From the NCBI GenBank assembly GCA_013239625.1, contig MU054220.1, positions 6,246,626 through 6,310,625 on the forward strand: a stretch of 64,000 bases of DNA. The letters run 5' to 3'. Numbering within the stretch: position 1 is the stretch's first letter; each line of letters opens with the position of its first letter. Made by a program: the position numbers and the translations under genes. Positions 1 to 13,833 of the stretch are shown in pieces. This DNA comes from Lama guanicoe. Its lineage: Eukaryota. The notes beneath the pieces are model-generated. The model worked only from the letters and a program-made list of their open reading frames with translations, was not told the DNA's origin and did no database searches.

Positions 1-231
1 AGCTCCATGCCTCCTGGTAATGCTATGCCAAGAAATGGATTCCATGTGGAGTCTCTTTCCTTAGGTCACCCTCTTCCCAGTGGGAGACTGAAGCTTCAGA
101 TGCGTGTTACTGACAGTGCCTGGATCATCTAGGCCATGACCCAGGCTGGAAAAGTGAATTGGCTTCTCCCTTGGATTAGTAGGACTCATGATGCAGAGAT
201 TGCTTCAACTATAGTTAAGATGTTGAGAAGA

Positions 232-1601
232 GAATGTACAATGGAAAAAATACAGCCTCTTCAGCAAGTGGTGTTGGGAAAGCTGGACAGCTGCATGTAA
301 ATCAGTGAAGTTAGAACACTCCCTCACACCATCCATAAAAGTAAACTCAAAATGGTTTAAAGACTTACACATAAGACAAGCCCTCCTAGAAGAGAACATA
401 GGCAAAACATTCTCTGAGATAAACTGTAGCAATGTTTTCCTAGGTCAGTCTACCAAGGTAAGAGAAATAAAAGCAAAAGTAAACAAATGGGACCTAACTA
501 AACTTGTAAACTTTTGCCCAGCAAAGGAAATCATAAAAAAAAAAAATGAAAAGACAGCCTACTGACTGAGAAAATATTTGCAAACTATGTACTGACAAGG
601 GCTTAACTTCTAGAATATACAAACAGCTCGTACAATTCAGTAACAACAACAAAATATACAACCCAATCAGAAAAAGTGCAGAAGACCTAAACAGACATTT
701 TTCCAATAAAGACATACAGATGGCCAAAAGGCACTTGAAAAAATGCTCAATACTGCTAATTATCAGAGAAATGCAAATCAAACTACAGTGAGGTATCACA
801 CTAATCAGAATGGCCATCATTAAAAAAGTCCACAAATGATTAATGCTGGAGAGGATGTAGAGAAAAGGGAACCATCCTACACTGTTGATGGAAATGTAAT
901 TTGGTGCAGCCACTATGGAAAAGAATATGGAGATTCCTTAGAAAACTAAAAATAGGCTTACCATATGATCCAGCAATTGCACTCCTGGGCATATATCTGG
1001 AGGGAACTCTAACTGGAAAAGACACATGGACCCCAATGTTCATAGCAGCACTGTTTACAATAGCCAAGACTTGGAAGCAACCTAAATGTTCAACAGCAGA
1101 TGACTGGATAAAGAAGTTGTGGTATATGTATACAATGGAATACTACTCAGCCATAAAAAAGAATGAAATAATGCCATTTGCAGTAACATGGATGGACCTA
1201 GAGATGATCATACTAAGTGAAATAATACAGACAGAGAAAGACAAATGCCATATATCACTTGTATGTGGAGTCTAAAAAAATAACACAAATGAACTTATTT
1301 ATAAAACAGAAATAGACTCACAGACATAGAAAACAAATTTATGGTTACCAAAGGGGGAAGGGGAGAGAAAGGTTAAATTAGGAGTTTGGGATTAGCAGAT
1401 ACAAACTACTATATACAAAATAGATAAAGAACAAGGTCCTCCTACCTATATATCACAGGGAACTATACTCAATAGCTTGTAATAAACTACAATGAAAAAG
1501 AACATGAAAAATATATATATACATGTATGTATAACTAAATCACTATGCTGTGCACTAGAAACTAATACAATGTTTTAAATCAACTATACACCAATAAAAA
1601 A
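232..1601 (+). mobile_element. 5'-truncated LINE-1 (3' part of ORF2 plus 3'UTR), relatively young cetartiodactyl-type
   Basis: ORFs 305-565 and 901-1275 translate to L1 ORF2 C-terminal motifs ([37 protein letters not shown]). AATAAA at 1593 runs into an A tract. TSD ATGTTGAGAAGA at 220-231 and 1602-1613. Confidence 0.97.
305..1275 (+). pseudogene. Disrupted L1 ORF2 C-terminal fragment
   Basis: ORF2-like peptide is split across frames by frameshifts and stops. The last segment ends KDKCHISLVCGV*, like the L1 ORF2 C-terminus. Confidence 0.9.
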
Positions 1602-1639
1602 ATGTTGAGAAGATGCTGGGGGCAATAAATATGACATAT

Positions 1640-1890
1640 ATTTCCTGCATGCTCACAACATGAATAAATGATACATGCAAAAGCTTTATACGTGCTATGA
1701 AGCCCATTTTTGAAAAGCAAATTCTATATCCATGCAGTGAAATAAAGAAGACTCTAAAGAATAAATGATAGCATTGCATGTGGGAGACGCTGGTAGGTAG
1801 AATTTGGTATATTTTTTAGTATCATGATCATACGCTTGTGTTTTCTAAATTCTCCACAATACATATATATTACTTTATTGAAAAAAGAAA
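1640..1890 (+). mobile_element. Old L1 (L1ME-like) 3' end fragment
   Basis: TTTTCTAAATTCTCCACAAT...TATTACTTT followed by an A-rich tail resembles the ancient L1 3' end. Confidence 0.5.
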
Positions 1891-1999
1891 AATTAGCAGA
1901 AATTGATACCCACAAAATTATTCTATAGCCAATGTAACCCAATATCTGATTTGGAATTGAAAGTAACAATAGAATGTTTAAAACCAAAGTCCCTCTTTT

Positions 2000-2120
2000 T
2001 TCATGTGAGAAACTGAGGATAGGCTAGGATAAAGAGGCTTGTACAAGCTCATACACTCAGAAGATAGTGAAGCCAGGTCAGAAATCCATATTTGTTGGAC
2101 TTTAAGATCAGGGATTTTTC
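2000..2120 (-). mobile_element. MIR SINE fragment
   Basis: TGAGAAACTGAGG...CTTGTACAAGCTCATACA core motif. Confidence 0.6.
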
Positions 2121-3399
2121 CATTTCATCTTGGGTTTTTATATTGTATCTATGACAGTTGGACAAAATGTTAAAGGATATTTGTCTTGTACTTCATGGCC
2201 AATGGATATATAATCCTCATTCCATGAGAATTCCCAGTTATTTTGGAATTTATCATGGAAGTCCCTATGAGGTGGAGAAGAGAATGCAGTATCAGTTAAC
2301 CCAGCCTCTTCATCCTGCCAGTGAGAGTAACTTTTGATTCCCTCTTTGATTCAGTTTTCTCAGCTGTGGAATGTGAACTCAAAACACTAATGCTGCTTTG
2401 AGATAAGTTTATGAAAAGAACCACGAGCATGGAATGGCTCCAAATCAAGATGCTTACTTGCTTGGAAAGATGAAATCAATTTACTGTGTGAATTGCACAG
2501 AAAGAACATCTCTTTCGAGTTGCAAAACGTATCAAAATTACCATATCTGGGAGAGAGAAATCTTTTTGTAAAGGGTGATGTGTGGGGGAGTGAAGGAGAG
2601 ATGAACAAGACAGTCACCGTCTTCTGGGTGATAATTAGCTTCCTGAGGGCTGGGGCCAGAGTCACTTTGCTTTTCCCAGTGCAAGCCCAGTGTCTAAACT
2701 GTAACCTGGGGCTCAGGGAAAGCTGAGATGTAGGTTATCTTTATACTGCATCTTTATAATAATTATGGCCTCTGATCTAGTGCTTGGTATTTGCCAGACA
2801 TTGTGTGAGGTACTTAATGTCTTATTTCTGTCTTGAATGCTTTTTTGGGGGGGAGGGCGGGGAGAAAAACTGAAGAGATTGACTAGAAGCTTACAGGGCA
2901 TGTGCTCAGTTCACAATGACTCTCTATCTGGAAAATCTATCCCCAACTTGATCTACAATCTCCTTAGTGGTCATTTTTGTAAAACAGGAGCCTGTCTTCT
3001 GGTCACTGCAAATTGAGCCAGGATGGATATCTTTACTGAAACTGGGTCATTTTGATTCTTTCTCCCATGAATTTGCAAATGAAATTAAGACTCTGAGGCT
3101 GTTAATAAGTCTCTGGAGGTGGCAAGAAGAGTAATATGCAAACTCCAGAATTCTGAGTCTCTAGAAAAAGAGAATGGAATGTGAAGCAGGTGCAGAGAAG
3201 GGGGAACAGATCAAAGGTAGAGTCTTGACATTTATCCCCAGTAAATGTTTTTACTTAAAACTCAGCTTCAAACTCCTGGATTCTAAGGCTATCGTCTCTT
3301 TGCTTAAGCTAACTAGAATTGGTTTTTGAAAGTTAGAATCTAGAATCTTGGTTATTACAGGGTATAAATAAAACATGTCCATTCATACATACATCCATG

Positions 3400-3560
3400 G
3401 AAATGTTATCTCTTATTCTCACAACACATCCAAAAGTGGGTATTGTCACCCCCATCTTACAGGTGAGCTCAGCAAGTGGAAGCAATTTCCCCCAACAATC
3501 TACTTAGATTAGTTAGAGCTGGTCTGAGGTTAGAATAGTTTAAAATCCTGTGATCTCCCT
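3400..3560 (-). mobile_element. MIR fragment
   Basis: ATTCTCACAACA...CCCCATCTTACAGGTGAG core. Confidence 0.6.
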
Positions 3561-4659
3561 AGTGTCTATATCATGCCCGATCTAGATTTATTTATTTTTT
3601 AACATGCATTTGTGGAGATCTTGTTAAGGCCCAGGCACTATGTTTCTGTGGTTTCACCAGGGTTGCCAAGTAGTAGGAGATGTTTACATGGGGTTGCATC
3701 CGTTTGTGCCCATGTAGATGGCCAAAGGATGCTCAGCTCAATGTTAACGAATAATCTCTGAGACTCATTATTTACACACTGTACTTTCAGTAAAGAGAAA
3801 ATTAAGGCGAGACCAGCTTTCAAAAGGAGGTGTCGGAGGCTTTTGGTATTACTAAAATCTTTTCATAACAAGCACTTACTGAGCTACTGTGTGTATTTAA
3901 ACTGGATCAGCTGCCACCTGGTGTGATTTTTGTCCTTGGTCTTCAGACAGAATGTGGCTGGGATTGTGCTCACTGGACATGAGCGCCTGTTTTAGAATTT
4001 TTTTAAGTGATATGAAGAAGATTTGATGAGTTGATGGTCTAGTAATATCTCAAACTTCCTATTAAACACAGAGAAGATGTGTAACTTTCTCAAGGTCACA
4101 GAGCTATCTGGTTGCAATGATGGGCTTGTCAGCTAGGAATACACTGCCAACAGAAATTATGTGGAATAATTTCTATTTCTTCTTATTCCTCCAAATAACA
4201 ACACATGTCAATTAGATTCATGTCAGAACCATAATATAGTCTCCCCCCTCAATCTGTCTTTTCTGAATGAATGAAAGTAAGGGGGGAAAATTACAGGTTT
4301 TTATAGTTAGAATCTATAGTGCTTAGGATAGAGTAATAAAAGGACCTATATTAATTATATACATTGTGGCTTACTGTATAATTCTACCTTCTTGTATTAG
4401 GACACAAAATTTCTCTAAATGCCATGATTTAAAAAAAGCGCAATCATTAATGTCATTCTCAAATGTAATTATATTCTTTTTAAAAATGACAAGACTCATA
4501 GCACCTCAGTTTTTATAAGATACATAGTTCTATCTTTTGGAAAATACAAATAAAATATAAAATGTAAACAATGTGGTTGATAACTCTGGAAGTGGAGATC
4601 ATTCATGGTTTCTAATCTCAAGAGAGCTTCAGTGCATTATCATAACAAGAATTTTAAAT

Positions 4660-4900
4660 AATAATAATGACAACATTTAATACTTATAGAGTACTTACTG
4701 TGACCAGGCAGTGCTCTAAATGCTCTACGTGTCTCAATTCAGTTGTCAGAATCACCTGTTCACCTGTGAGGTGGCTGTATTGGTATTTCACTTAACAGAT
4801 GAGGAAAATGAAGCACAGAGATTACTAAGTGATTGGGCTCCAGTATTTATCAGCTACTTTCTAGGTAAGGAGATAGGTCCGTCCCACCCTTGGTCTTTGA
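4660..4900 (-). mobile_element. MIR SINE
   Basis: TACTTACTGTGACCAGGCAGTGCTCTAAATGCT...ACAGATGAGGAAAATGAAGCACAGAG. Confidence 0.8.
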
Positions 4901-5799
4901 ATGCAGCCCTCATATATATCACACCTAAATGGTTAAGCAGTTTTTCCTGACGAGGCTCCAACCATACTTGGCTTGAACCGTTTTCTCCCTCCTTTTGCCA
5001 AGTGAACCCCCTTCAAAACTTCAAGGCTCATAAAAAACACACTCCCTTTTACAAGATTTTCTTCTAACAAACTTCCATTGTTTCTTCATTCATATTCCCC
5101 TGACCTTTTTTTTCATAATGCCTGCACCCTAATTTGGAACGTCATCAACTGCCTGACTCCGCCGAAGGACAAGTTTTATTTACCACGTTATGAATCCCTT
5201 TGGTACTGGACACTCCTCCCTTCATAAGACTTTTCCTCTCTAGACTTTCAAAACACATCCTCTACAGCTGCTTCTCTTGATTTTCTGGTTGTTCCAGCTC
5301 AATATTCATAATGTTCCCCTCTCTGTTTGCTTATTAAATGATGGAAGTCCATGACCGAGATCCCCAAATAAGATCTAACATCCAAATGGTTGTTAGGTCT
5401 TGTTTTAGGATCTCAGTAGATATTAGCTGAATAATTCAGCCTTATGAAGTCTAGCTCTGCCTGTTACGGCTCATGAACTAGCATGGGCTTAGGCGTTTCT
5501 AATCAGGTCTAATGCCGTGCTTTCTATTATTGTACTGTTTTCTTTCCTCATTCTTTGTTCTCTGGATGAGTCACTTTTTACAGAGTATCACATACAGACA
5601 CACACACAGGACAGTGGGATGTCACGCACTAGATTGGGTGCTGGGTCACTGGTGGTACCTTCAAGACAATTATCTAGGTGAGGGAACCAGCTTGTACTAT
5701 CTTCTCTGTCTTCTTCAATCTCCATTTCATTTTCACACTCATGCCACAGTTCTTTGGAAAATATCTAACTGTCCCTAGTCAAAATTCTATTTTTATATA

Positions 5800-6155
5800 T
5801 TCATTTCTTTTTTATACAATGTTTAAAGGCTACATTCCATTTACAGTTATTGCAAAACACTGGCTATATTCCCTGGGTTGTACAGTACATCCTTCTAGCC
5901 TGTCTTACACCAGTAGTTTGTACCTGCCACTCCTCCATCCTTGTACAGCGCCCCCACTCCACCCTGGTAACCACTAGTTTGTTCTCTGCATCTGTGAGTC
6001 TGCTTCTGTTTTGTTACATTCACTAGTTTGTTGTATTTTTTAGATTTCACATATAAGTGATATCATACATTATTTGTCTTTCTCCAGCATACGTTTCACT
6101 TAGCATATTGCCCTCCAAGTCCATCCATGTTGCAGCAAATGGCAAAATTTTCTTC
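5800..6155 (-). mobile_element. L1 3'UTR/ORF2 end, antisense
   Basis: Reverse complement of an L1 3' end: TGGTAACCACTAGTTTGTTCTCTGCATCTGTGAGTCTG, TAGATTTCACATATAAGTGATATCATA, CCATCCATGTTGCAGCAAATGGC. Confidence 0.9.
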
Positions 6156-6919
6156 TTCAGTGGCCGCACATTGCATGTACAGTAGAGTCCCAGCACCTTT
6201 GGTATCTCAGAAGGCCCTTCATAGTTTGATCCCTGCCTATATGTCTAGCCTTAATTTCTTCACTTTCCCACTTATATCCTTTATCCCAGATGCAGCAAAC
6301 TCTTTAGTATTCCTTAATCACACAATGGCTTTGCAAATCTAAGTATCCTTATAAATGTCATCCTGTTGGAATTTGGTGAGGAGTGAGGAGAGCAATACAT
6401 ACCGCTCCTTTTACCTGCTGGAGTTCAGATTCCACTTAGGGATAAACACAAAGTAAAATAGGTAGAGAGAAAATGTTACCTTCATCCTGATGGTGTTCAT
6501 ATCAGCATATGCAATTTATTCTGTTAGGCAAGCAGGTCTTCCTAAATCCTAGAATAGACAGCTCTATGCTGTCTTCCGATCAAAGACAGCATGGGAAAAC
6601 TGAAGCCTCGCCATGTGAGGAGAGCATTTTTTCTGCTTAGCTTACTGTGTGGCCCAGATAGAGAACACCAGCTCCCTGAGGGCGAGCGAGCTCCCCAGTG
6701 AAAGGAGAAAGTACACAGCCTTGTTCTCCTCCAAACCTGCCAACAGACTGAGCAGCTCTTCCCCTCCTGTATGGGAGTCAGAGACACAGCAGACAGAGGA
6801 CAGGAGTGGCCTGGAAGTGGAGCTTCTTCAAACTGGAAATATTTTTAAGCGAACAATGAAGATACATCAAATATAAGCTGAATTCATCAGGCGTTTTTCA
6901 ATTTTGAGTGGAGAGGGGA

Positions 6920-7400
6920 AAAAAGGCACTTGACTTTGCCTTAAGCCAAAGAATGGAATTGATTAGCTCACACAAGTGAAAAACATGGCAATGGAATATT
7001 CTTTGACTGTGGTGGAGTCCAGGTACTCAGTGTCATAGAACTTGGTCTGTCTCCTCTGCTTTCCTCTCGACTCCAACCTCAGGCAGGCTCTTTTTCCTTG
7101 CTGTGCTGTGATATTAAGATGGCAATTGGCATCTGGAGACTATCTTAACAAGCTCAGCTCTCCCAATGAAAAGAGAGCTTCACTTTCCCCCAAATTCTAG
7201 CAAAAGGCCTGGATTGAATGTCACTGGATAACTTAGCCTGGTGAAGTAAAATAATGTGTACTTTTTTTTGTCTAAGGATGATTGTATACCACCAGCTCCC
7301 TGAACCATGGTTAAAGTCAGGATTCTCTGAAGGACTGAGATGAGTGAGGGATGTTCCAGAAGGAAGAGCATCTATTTTGGGCAGACAGAAACAGAAGATA
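6920..7400. mobile_element. Old MaLR LTR (MLT1J/K-like)
   Basis: CCTTAAGCCAAAGAATGGAATTGATTAGCTCACA...CTCAGGCAGGCTCT...AAGATGGC motifs. Confidence 0.6.
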
Positions 7401-7794
7401 TGTCCATAGGTGAAGGATTGTTCCGTAGATGAGTGGAGTGATGAACCAAGGTAGACAGGTTGTTCAGCAGCAGTGACACTGAGTCTAGATAAAACAGGCT
7501 TTCTAGATCATTCTTATTGTTAAATTAGTCTCCTCCGCGATTCTGTTGAAGCCAGTTGGGAGACTGTACTCATTTTTTGTTAGCCTAGAAATCAGACTTT
7601 CTTGCAATAGGTGAATTGGGAAATCTCTTTGCGATACAGAAAATACTGTTGCTGTGACAATTGTTGCAATAGAGGCCTGTTGGAAATGAGTCAGGAAGTA
7701 GATGGAAGAAACAGTAGCCCCAGTCTCTGCTGCCAGATGAAAGGAGTGTGCATGCAGCCATGCATTTTTCTACTCCAGTCTCTCCTAGAATCGC

Positions 7795-7850
7795 ATCTCT
7801 CTCTCTCTCTCTGTCTGTCTGTCGCACACAGACATACACACACACACACT
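7795..7850. repeat. Compound (CT)n/(CA)n microsatellite
   Basis: Seen directly in the sequence. Confidence 0.9.
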
Positions 7851-8929
7851 CAAATAGGCCATATCATTATTTCTCCCAAAAATGATGAAACAAAAAATAA
7901 ATATGCCAGCTTCCATCCAACAGAAATAAAAATACCTCCAAAATTTCAACTTAATGGTTTATGTCAGATTGTATTGACTCACTTGTGAAAGAAAAACTGC
8001 AGTATTACTCATTCTGATTTAAAATCTCATATGTAGAGGTCTTGATGATACGGGATGATCAGCAAAGTTGGAGCCCTTGTGCTCAGCTGCACACTGGCAG
8101 GGCTGTCTGTGTCCCCCTTGCCAAGGGCCTCGTTGTGCTCATTCCAATATGGCCTAATTTTATTTTCCTCGCTGTCTCCCTCTCTCTCAGTCTCTCCCTC
8201 TCTCTTTTAATGTTTGAAAAATACAATAGAATTGTCTTCTCAGCATGGGGATATCTGCATGTGTTAAAATTACATTTTCTATTTTAAACTCACTCTCTTT
8301 TTAATTTAAAAGGACTTGTCAGAACATGCAGTCTTTTCCCCCCTCTTCCTAGAGAAGGGGGAATGTAAAACCTTGAGATCTTGAAAGAGGCAAAAGCCAA
8401 CTTGCAGGGGAAACAAACAAATAATTAAACAAACAAGCAAAAACCAAAAACACACACACACAAAAACAAAACATGCAGAAGTCTGGCTGATTTTGAGTGG
8501 GAATCTCCCTTGGAATTTGATAGGAAGAACTGTGGCACAAAGGAGTGATAGTAAGGGCAAGAAATAGAATCTTCTTATCTGGAAATTATTAGGCAAAGCA
8601 TCAACTATTTACCTCAGTTTCCTGGAAGATATTAAAATGAAGTTTCTCAATTACTAATACCTATATGTGGGTAGACTGCATGAAAAGAAATGACAATAAC
8701 ATTTGCTGAGAACTTACTTCTGCATGAGACAGTATGCTGAGAATATGAATACACACACAGGCTCACACATCACACACACATCTCCCAACCCAGCCTCACA
8801 GTGCGATTTATTTAGTGGGTTCTCCCCCGTCAAAAACAATAACCCCCCTCTACCCACTATGAGGTTGGGTTGGGTTAAAAAAGCCCCGTTTTATAGATGA
8901 GAATTTGCTTTAAGGCACTGGGACAGGTG

Positions 8930-9340
8930 CTGTGGTTGCATCAGTCAGAGCCTCCTTCAGGAAACGGGTGCTCATCTCCATACTTGTCTGAAATGCTGGT
9001 GCCAAAGCTCACAGCTGAGTTCCACTTGAGGCATTTCCTCCACCAAGGAAAGCTTCCTTGCCACAGGTTACACTAAGTTCCCTCAGAGCAATCACCTGTC
9101 TCCTGAGGATTTACTCCTCACCTCAATTTGGGGCATCTCTGAAAGGCTGCCTTGGCTCTAAAATTCCCTGGGGGACTGGTGGGGCCTTTGGTGGGCTCAC
9201 TCTACTGTTTAGCTTCTCCCTCTCCCCAGTCCTGTTTCCATCACCCGCAGTGGATGTTGATCAAGAATAAACCTCAGTAAACCTTCTTCATACAAAGCGG
9301 TGTCTCATGGTATGTTTCTGGAAACCCCAGCCTAAATCAG
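8930..9340 (+). mobile_element. ERVL LTR (LTR16-like)
   Basis: 3' end AATAAACCTCAGTAAACCTTCTTCATACAAA...TGTTTCTGGAAACCCCAGCCTAAATCA resembles the LTR16 terminus. Confidence 0.55.
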
Positions 9341-10529
9341 GCACCCAGAACAGGTGTCAGTTAAATGTCTGCTATTACAGTTACTTACCAGAGACACTTG
9401 TATGAACAACAGGGATGGTTCTACAGAGTCCGTCAAGCAAAATAGAACATGTAAAGGCTTTGCCTTTTTATGCCGATGCTTAATGCTTTGCTTGGTCTAC
9501 GTAGCTAACTGTATCTAGTGCCTCACCAGTGACTCTATAGCCATCTTATCCATGATACCTCTGCATGGAGCAGAAAGCCAGTCCTGACCCAGATGCTGTT
9601 GGTTCACTCTAAGTAGGACCCATGATTTTATTGGTCTTTTTTCTTGTGTTATGCAATGTATAATAAGGGAATGTGTGGTCGTCAGTGCCTGAATGCCACT
9701 TTCAGTAATAGAAACGCCTTCTGGGGAAATAAGATTGGTGCCAGCACTAGAATATGGAAGCAAACTTGAAATTATTTCACTTCTATTTCAGAATGGTTTA
9801 AAAAAAAAAAAAGGAAAAGGCAGCGAGACCATTTTTGAGAGCTGCCAACCACATGGAGGCATTTGAATGAAAATTCCTCTGTAGCTTTCTATAAACCAGT
9901 AAATAGAAATCCGGAGTTTTCAGGTTGGCGTGTCAGCCTCTGTAAAATCTACTGCCGAAATACCTTTGCACATTATCGCCCACAGGGCCCTTCACGAGCA
10001 CTCCTTATTTTTACCAAAGTGGACTGAGCTCTTCCCTGAACATAAATAAAAGCAAATATGTAAAATAAAATAAAAAAATAAAATGTTCTGACTAAGATCA
10101 ATTAAGCCCACGCTAGCCATTTTTTTCTTACTGACTATAACCCCAAATTCTGGACAAGACAAAAAAAAAAAACCTCACTGCACACTCTGAAAAGTAAACA
10201 AATGCAAGCAGACTGAGGAAGGGAGTCAAAAATTGAAGAAACACCCTAAAAAGGGGTAAGCTTCTCCTACTTTTTTCCCTGTGTTTTTCTTCAATTGGAG
10301 CTGCAGTAGTAGTGGTGAAAGCAGTAAAACTTTGGAAAAATGCCTTATTTTTGGTCAGAGACACAAGGCAAGAAGCTCCTAGAGCCTGAAAAACGTGGGT
10401 GGATATCAGTGAGAAGGCATCTGGAGAATGGGAGATATCCCTGAAGGTGTGGTTGGACCTACACTAGTCCTGGGCTCCAGATGCAAATTACCAAGAGTTC
10501 TTAGGTAGCCAAACACTACCTATTAGTGA

Positions 10530-11705
10530 AAAATTAAGACAATTCAACTGCTTAAAAATTTAAATTTATGCTCTGTGAAAGGTGCCATTAAGAGAGTGAA
10601 AAAACAAGCCACAGACTGGGAGAAAGTGTTTTTAAATTGCATATCTGAAAAAGAAATTGTGTCAAAACATACATGGAAATCTCAAAATCCAATTTTAAGA
10701 AAACAACCAACCTAGTTTTGTTTTTTTTTTAAATACACAGAGAAACTATACAGGAACTTCATCAAGGATGATATTCTTTGATAAATGAGCACATTCAAAG
10801 GTGCAGCATCGTTAGTGGATGTTTTAGTTTCCTTGGGCTGCCATAGCTAATGGCTTAGAAACAGAAATGTATTATGTCACAGTTCTAGGGGCTAGAAGTG
10901 CAAAATCAAGGTATCAGCAGGACCATGCTTCCATTGAAGGTGCTAGAAAGAACCTTCCCTTGATTCTCCCTCGCAAGACCTCCTTGACAGTGAAAGCACC
11001 ATCAGCATCGTCATAATCATCATCATCCTTGTAAGAGCTGATAGGACCACGTTTTGATGAGGTTCAAGAAACTCAGACTCCTGTATCTTGGTGGACTGAT
11101 GCTGATATCAATGATACAGCCATTTGGAAAACAATTTGACAGTATTTTATGTAGGTGAACATATACTTACCCATCTACTCACTCCTACATATTTACCTAA
11201 GAAACATGAAAATTTATGTTCATACAAAAATCTCTACTCAAATGCTCAGAGTAGAAGTATTCATAATTGCCCCAAAGCAGAAACAACCCAAATGTCCTTC
11301 TAGCAGTTAGTGGATAAACAAACTATGATGTATCCATACAGTGGAATGTCATTCAGCAATAAAAAGGAATGAACTATTGATAGACACAATATGGATAAGA
11401 CTCATAGGCATTATGCTAAGTGAAAGGTACCAGATTCACAAGACAGCATGCTGTGTAACTCCACTGTTGTGACATCCTAGAGAGACAAAATTATAAGAAA
11501 CAGCAACAGAAATAAAATCAGTGGTTGCCAGGGGTGTGGGTGGGGAGAGGGGGTCAACTACACAGGGGCACAGAAGCATATTGGTGTGATGGGACAGGTA
11601 TATATCTTGATCGTGGTTACCCTATGCATTTGTCAAAATTTACAGAACTGTGCATCAAGAGCAGTGAATTTTACAGTATATAAATAAACACAATTCAACA
11701 AATAA
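10530..11705 (+). mobile_element. Old L1 (L1MC/MD/ME-type) ORF2 end plus 3'UTR, interrupted by a MaLR fragment
   Basis: CAAGCCACAGACTGGGAGAAA, AAACAACCCAAATGTCC, CAGCAATAAAAAGGAATGAACTATTGA, CAGTGGTTGCCAGGGG, ending in AATAAA. Confidence 0.9.
10820..10985. mobile_element. MLT1B/C-like MaLR LTR fragment inside the L1
   Basis: GTTTCCTTGGGCTGCCATA...CACAGTTCTAGGGGCTAGAAGTGCAAAATCAAGGTATCAGCAGG. Confidence 0.8.
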
Positions 11706-12878
11706 AGCTGGTGCCGCGTATGCTAGGCATGTGCTTGGGACATAATCTGTGTTAGTTCCTGTCTTCTTCCCTCATGCCTAAAGGACATCCAGTCTTATAG
11801 CTATTTTAATTATGTGCTGACTTTTAATATTTATAGTTCTTTCTTCTTTAGAATGCTTTCCCCTCTCCGCTGCCTCCACTCCTGGCAACTCAGTAAACTC
11901 GTCTTAGTAGGACATCCCGCCAGGCCACAGTCACAGCCCTCTGCGCCGTGCTCCTGGCTGCTGTCCTAGGCCTAAATCTGGTCTTGTCTGGCCTTCCACA
12001 CCTGCTGCCTTAATAACTGAACATCTCTTGTCACCTGGAAATCAATTGGTGACTTTCTATCCTTGGAATTGATTCAAGAGACTCTATCATCCCAATGTCA
12101 AGTCCCACGAAAGTCCAACACCCTGACATTTCCCAGGGGCTTACATCCTTGTGTTCACCAAGCTCCTGCTACCATGGGACTGACTGTTCTGTCCTGAGAT
12201 ACAAAGTCGAGCCCTTTTCTCATTTGACCTTTTCTTTGTTTTCCAACAAAATCCACCCAAGTGAAGCATCTCTAAGTCAAATACTTTGCTAAAGACTTGG
12301 GGGAAGGAAGAAACGCTCACATTTCAAACTGGGTGTCATTCATCCACACTGAGATGCTTCAGTGGCCCATGTCAGAGGTGAGCTGTAGCCATGCACCACT
12401 GCCTGGTTCCTGTCTCTTCTGCAATTTCAAAACCCGTCCTCTCTTCTCTCCTCCCACTCCTCTCTCAGGAGCGTAACCCATTCTTTTTCTGTTCTCTTAA
12501 AGAACAATTTCTCCATCACCTTTTGTTGTCTTGGTTCTTGTTGGTACCCAAGTCTTTGGCATCTTCCCTTCTACACTGAGCAGCTTCTCAAGACAACTTC
12601 CTGAAGTCAGGTTCTCCCCAGAAGGGAATTCTGCTTAAGTCGGTATGGTAGTAAAATGCACACTTTGTCATAATCTATTACAGCACTTATCACTAAATCG
12701 CACACACTTATCTCCTGTTTCTCCCACTATTCCATGAAATCAAGGGTATTCAGCCTCTCTCCACCTGCCCCCCAAAGCTTAGCACAGTGGTGGGTATATA
12801 CTAAATATTTAATAAACAGATGAAAGTGTCTTAGTCTATTTGGACTGCTATGAAAGTACCACAGACTGAGTAGCTTAT

Positions 12879-12902
12879 TATGAAATAACAGAAATATGTG
12901 TA

Positions 12903-12970
<68 letters not shown>

Positions 12971-13833
12971 CCTGCCACAGAGCTCTTAAAGCTTTGTAAT
13001 TTTTTAAGTGATGAGATCACCAGGAGCATCTGTTCTTTAATATTTTGTCTTTGACCCTGGTTTCTACACAGGGCTCCAAAAGCCTTTGGAATTTCCTGGG
13101 TGATAGGAATGTCTTTTGTTCTAATGAAGCAACTCTTAGTGGGCTCCTGGATGAGGTCACTTGAAAGTCAAAGCCAGGACTAGAAGCTTAGAACTTTCAG
13201 CCCTGCCCCTCCTGTCCTCCAGAGGGAGGAGAGGGACTGGAAATAGAGTAATAATCAATCATGCCTACATGGTGAAACCTTCGCAAAAGCCCAGTAATAT
13301 GGGGTTTCGAGAGCTTCCAGGTTGGTGAACACATGGTGCTGGGAGAGTGGCATGCTCAAAAAGGGCACCAAGCTCCCCACCCTTCCCCACATACCTTGTC
13401 CCATGCATCTTTTCCATCTTGTTGTTTCTGAGTTATAACCTTTTACCATAAACCGATAATCTAGTAAGTAAGATGTTTTCCTGAGTTCTGTGAGCCACTT
13501 GAGCAGATTAATCAAGCTCATGGAGAGGGACGTGGGACCTTCTGATTTGTAGTCAGTTGGTCAGAAGCCCAGATGACAAGCGAGACTTAGGACTGATATG
13601 TGAGGTATTGGGGTGGGGGGAAGTCTTGTAGAACTGAACTCTTAATTTGTGGGATCTGCTGCTGTCTTCAGGTAGATGGTGTCAGAACTGAGTTAAATTG
13701 TTGGACCTCCAGCTGGTGTTGCGGACTGGCTTGATGTGTGGAAAATTCCCTTATGTGGATGACCAGAGTGTCAGAAGTGAGGTGTTCGGTGTGAGTGGTA
13801 AGGGGGAAACAGAGGAGTGCTTTTCCTTTTATA
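12879..13833 (+). mobile_element. Solo LTR, MER21-like
   Basis: TTTGGAATTTCCTGGGTGATAGGAATGTCTTTTGTTCTAATGA and CCTGAGTTCTGTGAGCCA motifs. 5-bp TSD CTTAT on both sides. Confidence 0.85.
12896..12969. repeat. (TG)n(TA)n compound microsatellite
   Basis: Seen directly in the sequence. Confidence 0.97.

Noticed and set aside
494..1067. Minus-strand ORFs of 139 and 75 aa
   Set aside because: These are antisense readings of L1 ORF2, a common artefact.
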